Source: Phoronis australis
Lineage: Eukaryota > Animalia > Phoronida
Direction: 5' to 3'
Length of the DNA: 64,000 nt
NCBI GenBank assembly: GCA_002633005.1
Contig: NMRA01000060.1
Coordinates: 1,099,355-1,163,354 of the forward strand
In this document: positions 25,741-39,980 of the stretch, in pieces
How positions within the stretch are numbered: position 1 is the first letter of the stretch
Layout of the letters: each line of letters begins with the position of its first letter
The notes under the pieces: model-generated
Told to the model about the DNA's origin: nothing
The model's input: only the letters and a program-made list of their open reading frames with translations
Database searches by the model: none
Position numbers and translations under genes: made by a program

Positions 25741-27506
25741 CCAAAAGGGATCTTTGCTTGGTTTCAAAACCGGTGTGTGCAAATGCAGTTTGTGTATACT
25801 GACTTTTGGAATCATTTTAGATGAACTCAGATGTGTGTCATTGGATTTGTGACCCCTGTCAAGCTCCTTGTGCTGGGGCCACTGAGAGCACTTTGGATAA
25901 TGGTCACTTTAAAAATGCCCACTTAAAGAAAAATAGTCTGGACTACTGGCTTGGTTATAGTGAGCATTTACTGGTCACCGGACTGGATAATGATGCAATG
26001 AAAACACCTATATCATTTTTAAACTGAAAATCCCGGTCTACACTTTGTTAATACGGTAACAAATCAGCAAAGTAAGAAAATATCTTAAAAAATTGTAATT
26101 ATTCACGGCGATCTTAAAAGCTTTGAAAAATGAAAACAATGTAATATTGGCAATTATTTTTGTCTAAAATTGTTGAGATTTTTGTCGTTGTAATTCAGAT
26201 ATCATATCACAAAATGATGTCCTGATTTAAGAGACAATATTGTTACAAATGCTTAGATTAACCTTAATTATATACTTACCATAAGTGTTGGCCTCTAATT
26301 CTATCCAGTAAAACTGAGCAATAAGAGGCTTAACCCTAATCACATCTGAATAAAGTGAATTGTGCATACCAATGATTTGAATTGATACATCTATATCACT
26401 ATAACAAATTGATTGCTTTTAAGTATGATCCTTCACTGTAGTGAAATCTACTTATAGGCCTTGTGATTTACTTGCAAATATTTGACCTGCCTACTTACAA
26501 TTTTCTGTTTTATGGAAATGTTAAGTTTTATGTTTGGTCTTTTGTTAGCTGTACAAGTTATGTTGATATTTTTTTGTAAACAGAGAATCCTACACTAATG
26601 TTAGGTTTATGACATGGGCAAAATGTAACTCTTGGAATACCTCGGGATTTTGACGAATTTTCCAAGAGGTTTTGCCCATGTTATAACCCTGAGACAAATG
26701 TAGGATTTGTTTTCTCACATGAACCGTAAAAATGACCTTTTTTGTCGAAAAACTCAACATGTCTAAAACTTTCAACCACGTGACGCAACTTTGTGAAAAC
26801 ACGCCTGCGCAATGCAAAGTAAACTCAATTACTTTTTGTTAATAGTTTTATTTTAAACTTAACAATTATAAATTGCATTCAGCTTTCGTAACAAATGTTC
26901 AATTTAGAATCTATAATAAATAATCTTTGAAGTTGAAAATATTTATGAATAACACAGTTAGCAGGGCTTCCCCAGCGGCGCCTGAGCACTGAAATGACCT
27001 TGAGACAGCACAGCTAGACAGTCTCATTACTTGAGTTGGGGTTTGTCGCCGTTTGATTGAACATGGATATGGAATTCCGAGCCCCGAAAATGGGTTCGTT
27101 TATAAGTTGTTTGCATGTCCCTCCGACTGGGAGTACATACAGTTGCGACACTCGACTTGTCAATCATGACCTTGTCACCTTCTCGGACATATAGCTCATT
27201 GATGCCAGCATTGTTTAGTTAGCGCACGTTTGGTTGTTGGTACTAGTGTTTTGCGGACGATAAAATGTAAGGGGTATAGATTTCTACTTTGTGCTATTTT
27301 GTCGTTCGCTCACGTAATATCAAAAAAATTATGTACTCGGTGTTATTAACCAGTCGTGTCGTAACACATTCTAGGTCATGTGAGAAATTGAAATATGAAT
27401 GCAAACACTATGATATGTGGTAATAAAGATGCATTTGATTGATTATTATTATTGTTGTTGTTATTATTAGTATTATTTTTTTATTATTACCATTCTTACA
27501 TTCCAG

Positions 27507-27675
27507 TCTGACTCTGGCCTGTTGTCACCACGGAAACCCAAAGATGACCTGTCTGCTATCGTCCCAAGACGGCTGCTCCATCGCGCCTGTTCTGAAGATG
27601 TACGTCAGAGGAGGCGAGAAAGCTTGCCCACGTCAGCCCTAGTCCATGGTCAGGCATCGCTCAGTATGTCCCAAT
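27507..27675 (+). CDS. MAST: Internal exon of MAST-like kinase N-terminus (SDSGLLSPRKPKDDLSAIVPRRLLHRACSEDVRQRRRESLPTSALVHGQASLSMSQ)
   Basis: Acceptor ttcttacattccAG, donor AAT|GTAAGT. 169 nt with only one open frame (phase 0 to 1). LHRACSEDVRQRRRESL resembles the vertebrate MAST2/MAST4 motif L.R.LS(E/Q)D.....RG.L. Joins in frame to exon 47748. Confidence 0.8.
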
Positions 27676-29094
27676 GTAAGTAGATCTTCTAAATCAAATT
27701 CAAGTGGTTCTTAAAGGCCTTTCCCACTGGCTTCGAAGCTTTGATGTTACCGAAGCTCTGGTTAATGGGAACACTTACCTGCGGTCTTTAGCTTCTGATC
27801 TTAACGAGAAATATAAAAAGAAAATTCTGATTGAGTTTAACAAACCAGCTTGACTAGAAATCAGATTGCATGGCCCTGACTTCGAGGAAAATTTCTAATT
27901 TCATGCCGCGTGAAGGCTGTAGTAGTGTCAAGAGCTGAGTAGAGTTTGGTGATCTTGCCCAAGTGGTCTTCCAGTCATTTCCTTGCCGTGACTGCAGTTG
28001 GTTTTTGGTTTTTACCGGGGTCTTCCATTGATAAGCCCAACCGATGGAACTCCTATGGGCGTTTATTTGGAAAATCGTGCCCATGGGCATTTATTTGGTG
28101 TTACAACTTCTGGTATCAAGTGTCCAGACAGTGAGGCGTTTATTCGGAAAATTTCCTCTTAGAAGCCCTCTAATCGTCAACTTTTCTAGTCACAAATTCA
28201 GTTTTGTGGAGAATTTATCATTTACAAAAAACGAACAAAGTGCTGGCGAACTATACATTCATGAACAAAAAATTTAAAAACACATTCTTAAGTAAAAATG
28301 TCAAAGTCGGGAAACCCATGACTTTCCGTTTACGCGTTGACTCCTCATTTTGCGAATAAACCCAAACGCGTTTATTTGGTGTTACTGTTAGAAATTTTTC
28401 ATTTTCCAAATACACGCCCATGGGCTTATCTGCAGAAAATCCCAGTACTGTCAAAAGGAATTGAGAGATCCGTTACGATCGATTAAGTGGTCGTGGTTTT
28501 GTAAAGATTGGTCGACCCTGTCAGAATTGTCGACTTTCGATGTTTTTTCTTTCTGTGTGGGCAGGAAAATGGTTTTCTATCTGGTAGAGAGTTTGATATA
28601 TTGTAAACTCGCGGGTTAATGCCCTGGGCGCTTAAATTGGGAAAACCTTTGGCAGGGGGTCGGCGATTACCCAAGCAGTGGGTGCTTAAAACTGAAAATT
28701 GACCAAAAGTCGGGGATGGGTTATTACACAGGTATGGGCGAGTTTAAGGTACATTTGTGGGGTTGAGTAACCTGTCTAGGAACTGAGTAGGAAGGAAATA
28801 ATCACTTCACTCTTTCTGGTGTAATGTCTAGGATTAACTGTACTGAACTGGATAACTCCAACCATCTGTCACATATTGATAAATGGGTTAATTTAAACAC
28901 CCTACTTGAACACCTTATTAAGCTGCATGTCTCCTGGTCATAATTCAGAAGAAAAAAGAATTGTATTCAAAATGGCTTCGCATAAATATGGTACGGACAC
29001 TACTGGTAAATGGGATTTGAATATTTTTTATGAATTTTTGATTTGGGGCTACGTGCTAAAAATGGACCATTGCCTACTTACTGCTTTTAATTTA

Positions 29095-30572
29095 CCGTAA
29101 TCGTTCGGGTTAACGCCCTGGGCGGTTAAATTGGCGAATCCAAAAAATCGGGGGAGGGCGGTTAACCGAGCAGTGGGCGGTTAAATCGAAAATCCACCTA
29201 AAGTAGGGAATGGGTGGTTAACCGAACATGGGCGCTTATTACGACAGACAACCGCCCTGGGCGGTTAATCTTACCTGGCGATCTAAATCCCGACACGACA
29301 ATCATACTCGGAACGCGTAGCCCTTTTCAAAGAGCTTTATCGTCACGTCGCCAAATGACTGTGAAAACNNNNNNNNNNNNNNNNNNNNNNNNNNNNNNNN
29401 NNNNNNNNNNNNNNNNNNNNNNNNNNNNNNNNNNNNNNNNNNNNNNNNNNNNNNNNNNNNNNNNNNNNNNNNNNNNNNNNNNNNNNNNNNNNNNNNNNNN
29501 NNNNNNNNNNNNNNNNNNNNNNNNNNNNNNNNNNNNNNNNNNNNNNNNNNNNNNNNNNNNNNNNNNNNNNNNNNNNNNNNNNNNNNNNNNNNNNNNNNNN
29601 NNNNNNNNNNNNNNNNNNNNNNNNNNNNNNNNNNNNNNNNNNNNNNNNNNNNNNNNNNNNNNNNNNNNNNNNNNNNNNNNNNNNNNNNNNNNNNNNNNNN
29701 NNNNNNNNNNNNNNNNNNNNNNNNNNNNNNNNNNNNNNNNNNNNNNNNNNNNNNNNNNNNNNNNNNNNNNNNNNNNNNNNNNNNNNNNNNNNNNNNNNNN
29801 NNNNNNNNNNNNNNNNNNNNNNNNNNNNNNNNNNNNNNNNNNNNNNNNNNNNNNNNNNNNNNNNNNNNNNNNNNNNNNNNNNNNNNNNNNNNNNNNNNNN
29901 NNNNNNNNNNNNNNNNNNNNNNNNNNNNNNNNNNNNNNNNNNNNNNNNNNNNNNNNNNNNNNNNNNNNNNNNNNNNNNNNNNNNNNNNNNNNNNNNNNNN
30001 NNNNNNNNNNNNNNNNNNNNNNNNNNNNNNNNNNNNNNNNNNNNNNNNNNNNNNNNNNNNNNNNNNNNNNNNNNNNNNNNNNNNNNNNNNNNNNNNNNNN
30101 NNNNNNNNNNNNNNNNNNNNNNNNNNNNNNNNNNNNNNNNNNNNNNNNNNNNNNNNNNNNNNNNNNNNNGCGTTCTTAAACTTTGCAAACAAGGGAAGAA
30201 AATAAAGTGACAAAAAGGTTCAAGTATTATATTTTGAAGTGAGTTCATGACCCAAGACAATAACTCGTTACCTGTATTGTAATTCAGATTGCTAAACCAC
30301 CGTCTTGGAGTCCCGGCGTCGTTGCACTCATTGTGATCGTCGATCTTTTTCTAAAAGACGGGGAATCGCGCATTTGCTTAGCACTAGGCGCTAAATCTTC
30401 ATTCTTTAAAAGTCGGGGATGGGCGCTTAACCGAGAGGTGGGCGCTTAACTGGAAATCTTCAAAAATCGCAGGGGGGCGCTTAACTGAGCAGTGGGCGGT
30501 TAAATCGAAAATCCACCTAAAGTAGGGGGTGGGCGATTAACTGAGCATGGGCGTTAACCCGAACGATTACGG
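29095..30572 (+). mobile_element. Tc2/pogo-like (Tc1/mariner superfamily) non-autonomous element spanning the N gap
   Basis: TA|CCGTAATCGTTCGGGTTAACGCCC ... GGGCGTTAACCCGAACGATTACGG|TA. Subterminal gggcggttaa repeats. Homologous to 45718-47245. Confidence 0.85.
29369..30169. other. Assembly gap (801 N)
   Basis: Run of n characters. Confidence 1.
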
Positions 30573-31446
30573 TAAGTTAATAGTCAACATTTATGAAGTT
30601 CTTTACGGTTTCGTCAAATAAATTTTTTCCTTTTTTCCATTTTCAACCCATAAAAGTGTCTATTTTCACAGTTCTTAATTTAAACCTTAATACGTCACAC
30701 ATGTGTTTGTAGTCATGTGAGCACCGTTTTTGTGAAAACTGTTACTTTTTACTTTGAACATGAATTTCAAAAAAATTAAACTGTTGAAGATCTATATATT
30801 TTTTAACTATTTGCACTGTTCGTATTAGGGAACATGTTTCAGATTTTTGATTTACCTGCAAAAAACAGATATCAGCCATTAAATTCCCTTTTTAAAGTAA
30901 ATCTCAGGTCTTCATTTGAGACAGCTCATATCTCCATTGTGCGATGGAAAATCAAAACTCTGAAATTCACTGTTTCCTCAGCAACAAACCATAAAATGTG
31001 TGTGAATCAACCTACACACTAATGAGAAATCGATGTTCAAATCTGCTGATATCATCGGAATCAAAAGGTCTAAAAATGACCGATGAAGACTTGTCATGTA
31101 ATTAAAATCAATAGAAGCCGTCTCATGCAATGGACATATGAGGCACATAAATGATGCGTTTCAAGAAAATTATGGATATCAATGGAAAATAAAGATATAA
31201 CTTCATACCATAACAATTCCATTATTGACAAAAAATCCATGAAGGTGTACAATTCAGGTGATTTCGTGTACGGCGCTGCTGCCATTTTCAAATGCCTTTT
31301 GGGATGATTATTGGCTCCTCAACATCCGGTAACAGCACAGATATATTGGGGATGTTTGACCTGATTTATAATTTGCATATTAGATGGTGAGGTTTATGTT
31401 CATTGTGATCATGTGGCATGTACTTCAAGAATGTTTTGGGCTAAAA

Positions 31447-32007
31447 GGTCCTTTCACACTTGATGTAAACTGCAAAGTTAACTGAATCGTTCATACCATC
31501 TTTGGTAGTTAACGGAATCGAAGTAAACGGTAGGGGACGCTGTTGTCATCGAAGTAATTGCAAGGCAGTGCTGTTGCATCACATGCATGCTAAGATTTTA
31601 TTTGATGTGACAATTTGGGAACATTTACGTGTGGTAATTGACATAAAACTTATTTTTAAATCAATTGGTCATTATTAGAGCAAAATTTAAGCAACTATTA
31701 GCGACGACACAGACTTTTAGTTGTTGACGATAGCAGTGGCCCCTGGTGATAACTTCGATGAGACCGCAGTCGATCATTCATACTGCACCGCAGCATCGAC
31801 GCTCCGCTGTTAAATCCACTTGTTTACAGCGAAGCTAACCCGCGCAAATAACTTCGATCCAGGACCGAAGTTAACCGTTCATACTGACCACAACTCCACG
31901 TCACCTACCGTTTACTTCAATGTCGTTAACTACCCAAGGTGGTTTGAAACATTCACTTAATTACGTAGTTTATGTCGACGCTCCGCTCATACCAGAGCTA
32001 ACTTCAA
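31447..32007 (+). mobile_element. MITE family B copy (right end degenerate)
   Basis: Left TIR ggtcctttcacact. Long internal reverse-complement match to 15169-15696. Confidence 0.65.
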
Positions 32008-33847
32008 CGGAATTTTGTTATTTTAGATGTATTGGGCTAACCAAATAGACCTAGCAAAGCCTTTAAGTGAAATAAGAAAATGCGAGTTTAATCACGCAAG
32101 TGTAAGCCTGGACAAATGACAAGTGAAGCTGCCTTTTTGCGCCATGTTGTGTCACTGCGAGATCCCAGCACAAACAACAAAAGGTTGTATTGAATAAGGG
32201 TCTGAATAGAACACCAAATGTTGTGTGCGGTTGTTATTCGCAGCTGTTTGAATTAAAAGGTGATTCTCGCGGTGACAATTAGACAAAAGCAAGCCAATAC
32301 GCCTACTAACATTTCGTTACATTTGACAGTTTATAGCACGAGTGGGCTCAGAGGGATGCTCTCAACATACTGTAGGAACCAAATTTTCAGGTGTTACCAT
32401 TGAAGATAGGCTTTAACTTGAAGGTCCTATTATCTGAAGTAGAAGAATACCACTATAGCCAATATTTCACGACAATATATTGTGGACTAAAAGTGCTGAA
32501 TTTTGTAAATATTTGACTTCTGAAGTTGAATTCCTCATAAAAAGGTTAATGTCTATATAATTTTTACCCGAGTAAATCATAAAAACTATACAAAATAGAC
32601 TGGTCATGTTTCAGTTCTCTAGCGCCCATTGATGATTTTTTGTACCCCTTGAACTATGGTAAACGATTGGTCTGGGACTCTGGTGATGTTGGACAACCGT
32701 TGGCATGCTTTATACATGAGCATGGTTGTTTTTACATGGATTACAGGCTTTTTACAGGGTTTACACATTTTTGCCATGTATTATATGCATTTAGCGTGTG
32801 ATACGTGTAAAATTCTCACATGGGAAAAGAGCACAGGTGACGCCTAACAAAGGACTTATCTGGCCAAGCCTAGAAATCGATGACCTCTTGAGTGGAAACC
32901 AAACGGGAGGTTTTTTGTAATTGAAAGACACTATTGTACAAATGCAGATCTTGCATTGCAGAGTGTGTGATGAGTCTCTGTACACTAGTGCCCTCTTTTA
33001 GCTGATTGGGAACTATTCCCTCCAAACTGTTGAAGAGATATTGGTCATTTTGAGAATCACTTCAACTGCCTTACCTTGTGATATTTTCAGTTAGCATGTG
33101 TTAGAGTTATCAGCTCATTGTTTTTTTTTTAAAGCGATAGGTTGGAAATATGTTTTATTGTACTTAAACAGGATAAAGGAATTTATTGTGTACAACAGAC
33201 AGAAGCACAAATGCAACCCGCAAGTCCAATAAGTACCAGACTGCCTGCAATTAATGTTTAAGTGCTGTGGGTACATTTTGAGCTTTGCCCGTTACATCAT
33301 TTACAAGTAAATGCATTGATTGGCAACTCATGATATTTCAAACCCTTCTTACCCTTGCTTTTGTGCCTTTGTGCACCTAAGGTGAAATTGATGCAGACCG
33401 GATTTTTTCGTTTTAGTCGTAAGCGTACTGGTTGCGGGTACAGGCCATAACCAACGGTACTTTTTTGCCGTAATCTGTATTTCGTGTATAACTTTTCGAA
33501 ATAACTTAAAAAATGATGCACGCATCATCTCAGTATGTGCCTTCGTTAACTCAGTTGTATCAGATAAGGCGAAAATGCTGTATTAAGCAAACAGTAACCT
33601 TCAATTCCTATTTAATTAAAACTTAACCTTGCCTAAGGTTTGTAGATATTGTCTCTAGTATGGTGCTTGATGTCAATGTTATTGTCTCAGAAAAGTCAAG
33701 TGTTGGATAATGAATATTGTTTCGTGCAAAATTATGAGCGCGTTATCAGTTTCCGCCCTCTATTTACAAACGCTGGAGTCCCATGGACCCTCCTTCTAAA
33801 CTCTGTGAGGTCCATTTCAATTTCTTGGTGTCCATGAAAACATTCTA

Positions 33848-34109
33848 GGGTCTGTTTCGTGAAAAATGACTTCAACTGAAATTTGTTCTTATGCCCCTTG
33901 AAACTATTTTTGAAAAAAAATTAAGTCTCCTTTGAGCAAAATGCAAAATCTCTGAGAATATACACGTAGGTGCCACCTGGTGAGATAATTTTTGTACTAA
34001 ACTATTTCTAGACTGATGCATTTATAATTACTTGACTAAACCTTTATTTCACATTTGTGAAGTGGGAGTATAAGACCAAATTCATGTCACTTTTCTTGAA
34101 ACAGACCCC
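33848..34109. mobile_element. Short MITE (GGGTCTGTTTC...GAAACAGACCC), second copy at about 57291-57485
   Basis: TIRs are visible. Both copies share tctgagaatatacac and ggagt(a/g)taaga. Confidence 0.6.
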
Positions 34110-37100
34110 AGGAATCATTCTGCTGATAAAAAATGATGAAAAATTTCCGAAAATGAGGCAATGGGGTTTGTGTTTGTTTGAGCTGTGCCATCCGCTCAGA
34201 GGCTCATTCCTTATCTGTTGTCTAGAAAAGAATCCCTGGGAATGTTTAAAACTAGATAACCTCAGTCATGCAAAACACCCCGTTTCTCATTGGTGTGGTT
34301 CACTTACTTAGCCTCGTTACCCCCGTACTAAACATATGTGGTTGTATCTATATAAACTAGCTGGTACCAATGTGAAGCACAGGTTAACGAAAGCAGCAGA
34401 CAAATGGGCTAATAATGGACAGGTGTAAGTATGAATGTTCACTTATCAAGACATTAAGATTTAAGGTCATGTTGGACCCTACAATAATCTTCAAATTTGT
34501 CTACCTTCAGAACATCATATCTCACTAAGGGCTGATGGGATTCTTGTGGAACTATCAGATACTATGTTTTATGCACTGTTTTTGTAAACTCTATTCTTTA
34601 AATGTGCCAGTTTAGCATGGCATGCTATCCAAAATGGGACTGTGAATAGCGTTTGTAAATCCACCGAGTTAATATCAATACGCACGGTCATTTATCTTCA
34701 ATCGTACCCTATGTTTGTAGCTTTTAGCTTCTTAGTTCATCGATTTTTAAAAATCGGAAACTTAACTTTGACTATGTTTTTCCAGATGAATACCGCCGTG
34801 GTGTTCGTTTTTAACGATAATTATTAGTTAATGCATTTTGAAAATTCGCCATTATGTACAGGTAGAGATGTTTACTACAGCTTATGGCCGGTTAGTCACA
34901 CTTAATTGGGTCTTGCTCGCACAGGACAATGTGGTCATCACCACTGTATCTGCCTCCGGCGCCGCACTCTCTTTGATCACCTAAAAGCCACTCAGAAGGA
35001 TGAGCTGTGAAAATTCCCCCATATCTTTAGAAATGCAAGACTTCCTTGTAAGCGTATTTATGGCGAGGTAATCAGTAGTCTTCATGAAGTCCTTCGTTTT
35101 TCATCAAATAACTTTTTGAAACATTCATTCTCAATCCATAATCGCAACGTTATAATTCAGGCTTTGAAATATTATGCAATTGTCTAGGGTTTCGCGACTG
35201 AGCATTTTTGAAGTGTCTGGGATTTCTAAAAACCCGAACTGCAGGTCTTTGAATTAAAGTTTTCGTGAAGTGCCACTCTGTGCTAATTAGTTCAAGTAAA
35301 AATCGCCAACTCATGAAAAGAATCCTACGTTGCCACCGTAATCGGTCGAGATTGGGCAACTCGACCGGTTTGCACACCTCAGAATCTTTGGGTTTAGATC
35401 ACAAACACCATGCTGTTGTGGTTAAGTAAGTCACCTCAGGCTGCTGATGTTATTGTTCTTTAGATAACCAGATACATCATAAAAACAATGTGGGACGGCA
35501 ATAGTATTTTTAAATTTTCATTTTTTAAAGTTTTTAAGTAGCATATTTGAAAGGCAGACGTGATTAGGTTTTTTAAATTTTGAAAATTGGACTAAAAATG
35601 TGACTTTTACAACCTAAAGTTATTGTTTAATGTTGCAATAATATGCTCCTCATTAATTCTGCTGGGTGTGCAACATATTTGGGCCAATTACCAAACCAAC
35701 CAGCCAGCAGTTGGGTTTTGAGGTAAGCCAAGTGTCATTATGTTCAAACTGGGATAAATCAAAAGTGAATCTTGTCATTCAGGCAATCAATGAACTCCAT
35801 TTGCTCTTAATTTTATCATGTTAGAAACGCTAACTTGCTGATTCCAAAGTCATCTTTTCATCTTTTACAACAACGGCAGCCAGCTACTTAAAAAAAAAAC
35901 AAAGTTACACCAAATCAGTTTTCACCCCAAAAGGGGAGATGGTGCATTCTCCAGATTTTAGAAATCAGGTGAAAAGTGAATGTCGACCAGCCAGATTTTG
36001 TTTATAATTTAAAGTGTCTGAAGGGTACTTTAAAATTTCCTTCTAAATTTCAACTCCGTGCTTGTTAACAGTAAAGGTTTAAGAAAAGCCTTGAATGAGC
36101 AAAATGTGGGTCCAGGGATAAACAACTAATATTTCTTCAATGATAACACACTCAAAAATCAACCAAATGTCATTCATAGAGTTAATATGCAGCTACAAAC
36201 TGATACAAAAATGCATAGCCCACCCAGTTGGTGCCAATTTTTAATGACATGGGGGGAGTCAAAATCAGCCATGGCTCAAGAAAATATGTAGTGCTACCAA
36301 AGGCAATCCAGACTTCTAGATATTACAGAACTGCTGATGTAAAATCGCCAATTTAGGGCACTATGGCGAAACAAGTGAAATTTTATTTAATTGATTTTTT
36401 CACAAATGGTAAGTACTACAAAATAAAGGTTTTGTCAAGTCATGACTTGCACACCATAAACTACCATCAGGCAGTGTTTTGAGAAACTGTGAACATTCCC
36501 AACAATGAAAATACTAAGTTAAGTTCAATTTTTTCATTGTAACCCCAACCTTAGACCTATTACTGCTGCCCAAGAGCATGCCAGAGATCTACATCACCAG
36601 GTCTGTGGTGAGGACTTCTCTATGTTTAGTCTGCACCCAGAAAAGTGGAAGCGCAGGATACGAGAAGCATTATTGCGATCCAAGTCCACTGACCTAGTCT
36701 TAACAGAGATCCTGGACTTGATCTGCCAGCAGCATGTTCAGATCTGTTACGGGATTCCCCCCGACATTAGGGAATCTCCAGTACTGTTTTTATCGTTTTA
36801 TTCTACAATGACAGAGGGCGCACCTGGTGGTGAATCAAGTCCGTGAGATATGGACGCAACGGTTGTAAACTTACCACATTATGGTACAGTTCTTTGGATC
36901 TTTACTCATTATTTTCATCACTTCACGGTCTCATTCCCAACAGTGTTTGAAGTCTTAGAAAATTGAAAATGACCAATTTTGATTGGTTGTCTGAAATTGG
37001 TGAGATTTTATTGTACTCAGTTTCTAAAATCCTTCACTCATGCAATGTCTGGTCAGTAAATTACTGAAACTTGTATACTGCTACAATGCATCACAATGAG

Positions 37101-38854
37101 TGCTGCTCAAACCACTGTTGTTTTACAAGACCTTTGCTAATTAGCATGCTACTTGTGCTCTAAAGTTCGTCACTAATAGCGGGTTCTTGCGGTGTTTGCG
37201 TGTGATGAAAATATAAAGTATATCTGAGTGTCTAGTAAAAAGAACTCTACAATTGACTTGACTAAGGGTTTCGAATCATTAACCATATAATTTGAATTGT
37301 TTCTCTGTTGCCAAGATCTTAATTGCATGTGTCTTGCCAATTCTGCTGTTCTCAAACTCCTAATGATTTTCAAGGTTTATTTATGACATACTGCTAGGCA
37401 AATAATTTCCTTTGATGTTTTAACTAACATCACCGGGTGACTGTCACAGCTTTATATGTTTGGCATTGTCAGTCTACAACGTTTAATTCCGTGTTAGGAT
37501 TGGAACATCAATGTTCATTTCAACATGCTGATTAAAATGTCAACTTTGTTGTTGATGCTATAAGTAGTAGATTTGAATCAACAAATGTCCAGAGAAATCT
37601 TGGATCACTTGCTGAAATAGGTGGTTCACCTGATCCACACAGTGTGAAGTAACTTACTGCTTTTCTGACAAAGGGGCTCGGCATACTTTATCTTTAATAA
37701 AATTGAAACTTAAAATGGCTAATAAGGGTTGAAGTGTTTTAGTAAAGTTGTGGTAAAATAGTACTTAAAGTGCCCTGAAAATGTTCACAAACAGGTGGTT
37801 TGAAAATAGTGCAAACTACAACCATCCTTGCATGACTCTCCATTGTGTTTGCACCATCTGAGTTTGACGTCAGAAGCTTCAACACTCTGTCATGAGCAGA
37901 CATGTGCATCCTGTGCATTGGTTCCGGGAGGCATCATGCAACATTTAGTGCATCCTACTCTGAAAATGATGTGGTGTACACTGTTGCCACATGTGCTTAA
38001 GCAAACCGCTCATGACACAGCTTAGTGCGGTCCTCAGTTGGGATCTCTTATTTAGGGCACTCGCCTCATCTCGCATGACAAAAATTGAATTGGAAAGTAA
38101 TATTTTACCCTTCACTTATTTTGCACAAGACTCTTTGATGGGAATTTCTTGCCTCACTTAAGTCACAGTTAGGTTTTGCACTTTAGAAAATGTCAACACA
38201 AGTCATTATTAATTCAAGTCATACTCACTCTTTTAACCATGTCAATAAGGTCTACACATTGTATCACCACTTAATTTGTCCAGTTATACAGGAAATCTCA
38301 TGCTGTTGTGCTGTTGTTAGCAGTGGTGAAGGGACTGAGCAATGCGTGTTTGTGTCCCTTAGAGCCATATACTCAAAGGAGAATCCTACTAATGGTGGGA
38401 TAAAGTGTTCTTATAGTGGACAAGGTCAAAGTAACTTAAATGCTGTTCATTGGATCACGTTGGTAACTCTCCGTCTGCATTTCGTTAAATTCATACGCGG
38501 GCAGTTAGCGATGCTTGGTTTGTTTAACTCTGTTCATTTCGCACACCTGTCAACTACGAAGTCTGTATATTCAGCTTATTTGGCACTAACCCGATTATCA
38601 GGAAATATGCTTAATTATTTTGTACCGTATAAGTAGAGAATAACCTTATGTAAATCACTTTGAGAATATTTTGGGCAGAATATTTTATTTGGCGACACGA
38701 GAGACTCAATGAAGGTCGTTGAATGTAAGGGAACGTCGTTTTCAACAGAAAATGTAAACCACTTTGGAGTGGTTCCTAATGTCACCTATGCTGCTTCTTT
38801 GGTGGATTTATTGGAGCCAGACCCATATGGGCAGGACTAAAAACAAAAGGGTAC

Positions 38855-39030
38855 CCACAGATATGACCAAAAATAAAAAGGTCTGACATAACCAAAAAGG
38901 TCCATACTGACATGACCAAAAATAAAAAAGGTCTCAGTACGGACATGGCAAAAAATAAGAGTTCCCTACAGATCTGACCAAAAACAAAAAAGTTCCACAC
39001 AGGGCATGACCAAAAACAAAAACAAAAAGG
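38855..39030. repeat. Degenerate tandem repeat of about 30-35 bp (catgaccaaaaataaaaaggtc...)
   Basis: Five to six occurrences of a tgaccaaaaa(t/c)aaaaa-like core. Confidence 0.6.
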
Positions 39031-39980
39031 CTTTTCAGGTCAGGGTTTCTTTCGAAAATTATGTTTCTGGGCTCCCCGTACAGCCTAAATCTGCCTCTGC
39101 ACTTCATTGCACTGTCACCTGTCTATATATGTCCTCGTGAGTGACCTCTTGAGATAATCCCCATTTTGCTTGTAGTATGCATCATCAGTACAAGCTGCGT
39201 GTAGACTTACCTGACATTTAGAACCTGACTTAGATGGTCTGCTTACTGAAGTTGAACCAATAGGCATTCCTCACATATCTTATGTATCAACTATTTTTTT
39301 ACTACAGTCCAGTGTGTGGTTGCAACTTTTATGTTATGAAGTTTCATTTTATGGCTTAATCCACTCTGAATCTATCGCAACTGTTATTGTCAATTGTGTT
39401 TTTAGAGCTACTTAAAGTACCCTAGTCCACATTTAGTCTTGTGGTTCGTGGTGTGTTGTTTTGAATTGAAGCACAATCATTTATTTTTATTTGACAATCT
39501 TAAAGGTTTTTGGTGTTACTATAGAACAGAGTTCTGGTTATGTATTTCAATGTCTTACAATTCAGTCCAAAGCCACATGTTACTGACTGACCAATCAGTG
39601 TGCAAGACATCAGCTATGTCATATAACGCCACTGTCAATGCACCCTGTAGGCTATTTATAAGGGATTCCTTTAATTATGGGAAGTCAACAGACCTACTGC
39701 CTGCTGCCCTGCCTTGAGTCTTCCTGAACTCAGCTAATCACTTGTATTTGGTTTTGTAAAATCTATCCTTGCTGGAAGGAATGTAGATCTCAAGCAGCAC
39801 CGTATGATGTTTAATTTCTGGATCACTTCTCTGCCTGTGGCAAATTATTTGATATGTTGCTGCCACAGAGACGGAGCATATTATTTCTTGACAACAGTAA
39901 TTGCTTTGCTTTGTTCTCTAGACAGCATCTCCGATTACCATTAAAATGATGCATTTGTAAATGATCTAATCCATTTGTGG

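Noticed and set aside
25324-25815. 163-aa ORF with 30-aa repeats, or a CRISPR-like array
   Set aside because: It is a 90-bp DNA tandem with identical loops and no unique spacers, inside an interspersed repeat. There are no cas genes and the context is eukaryotic.
27600-27630. QRRRESL as the PDE4 UCR1 motif (QRRESFLY)
   Set aside because: The following residues do not match FLYRSDSD, and the in-frame downstream exon is clearly MAST-like.
29214-30260. Three ORFs of more than 300 aa in the ORF track
   Set aside because: They are artefacts of translating through the 801-N gap.
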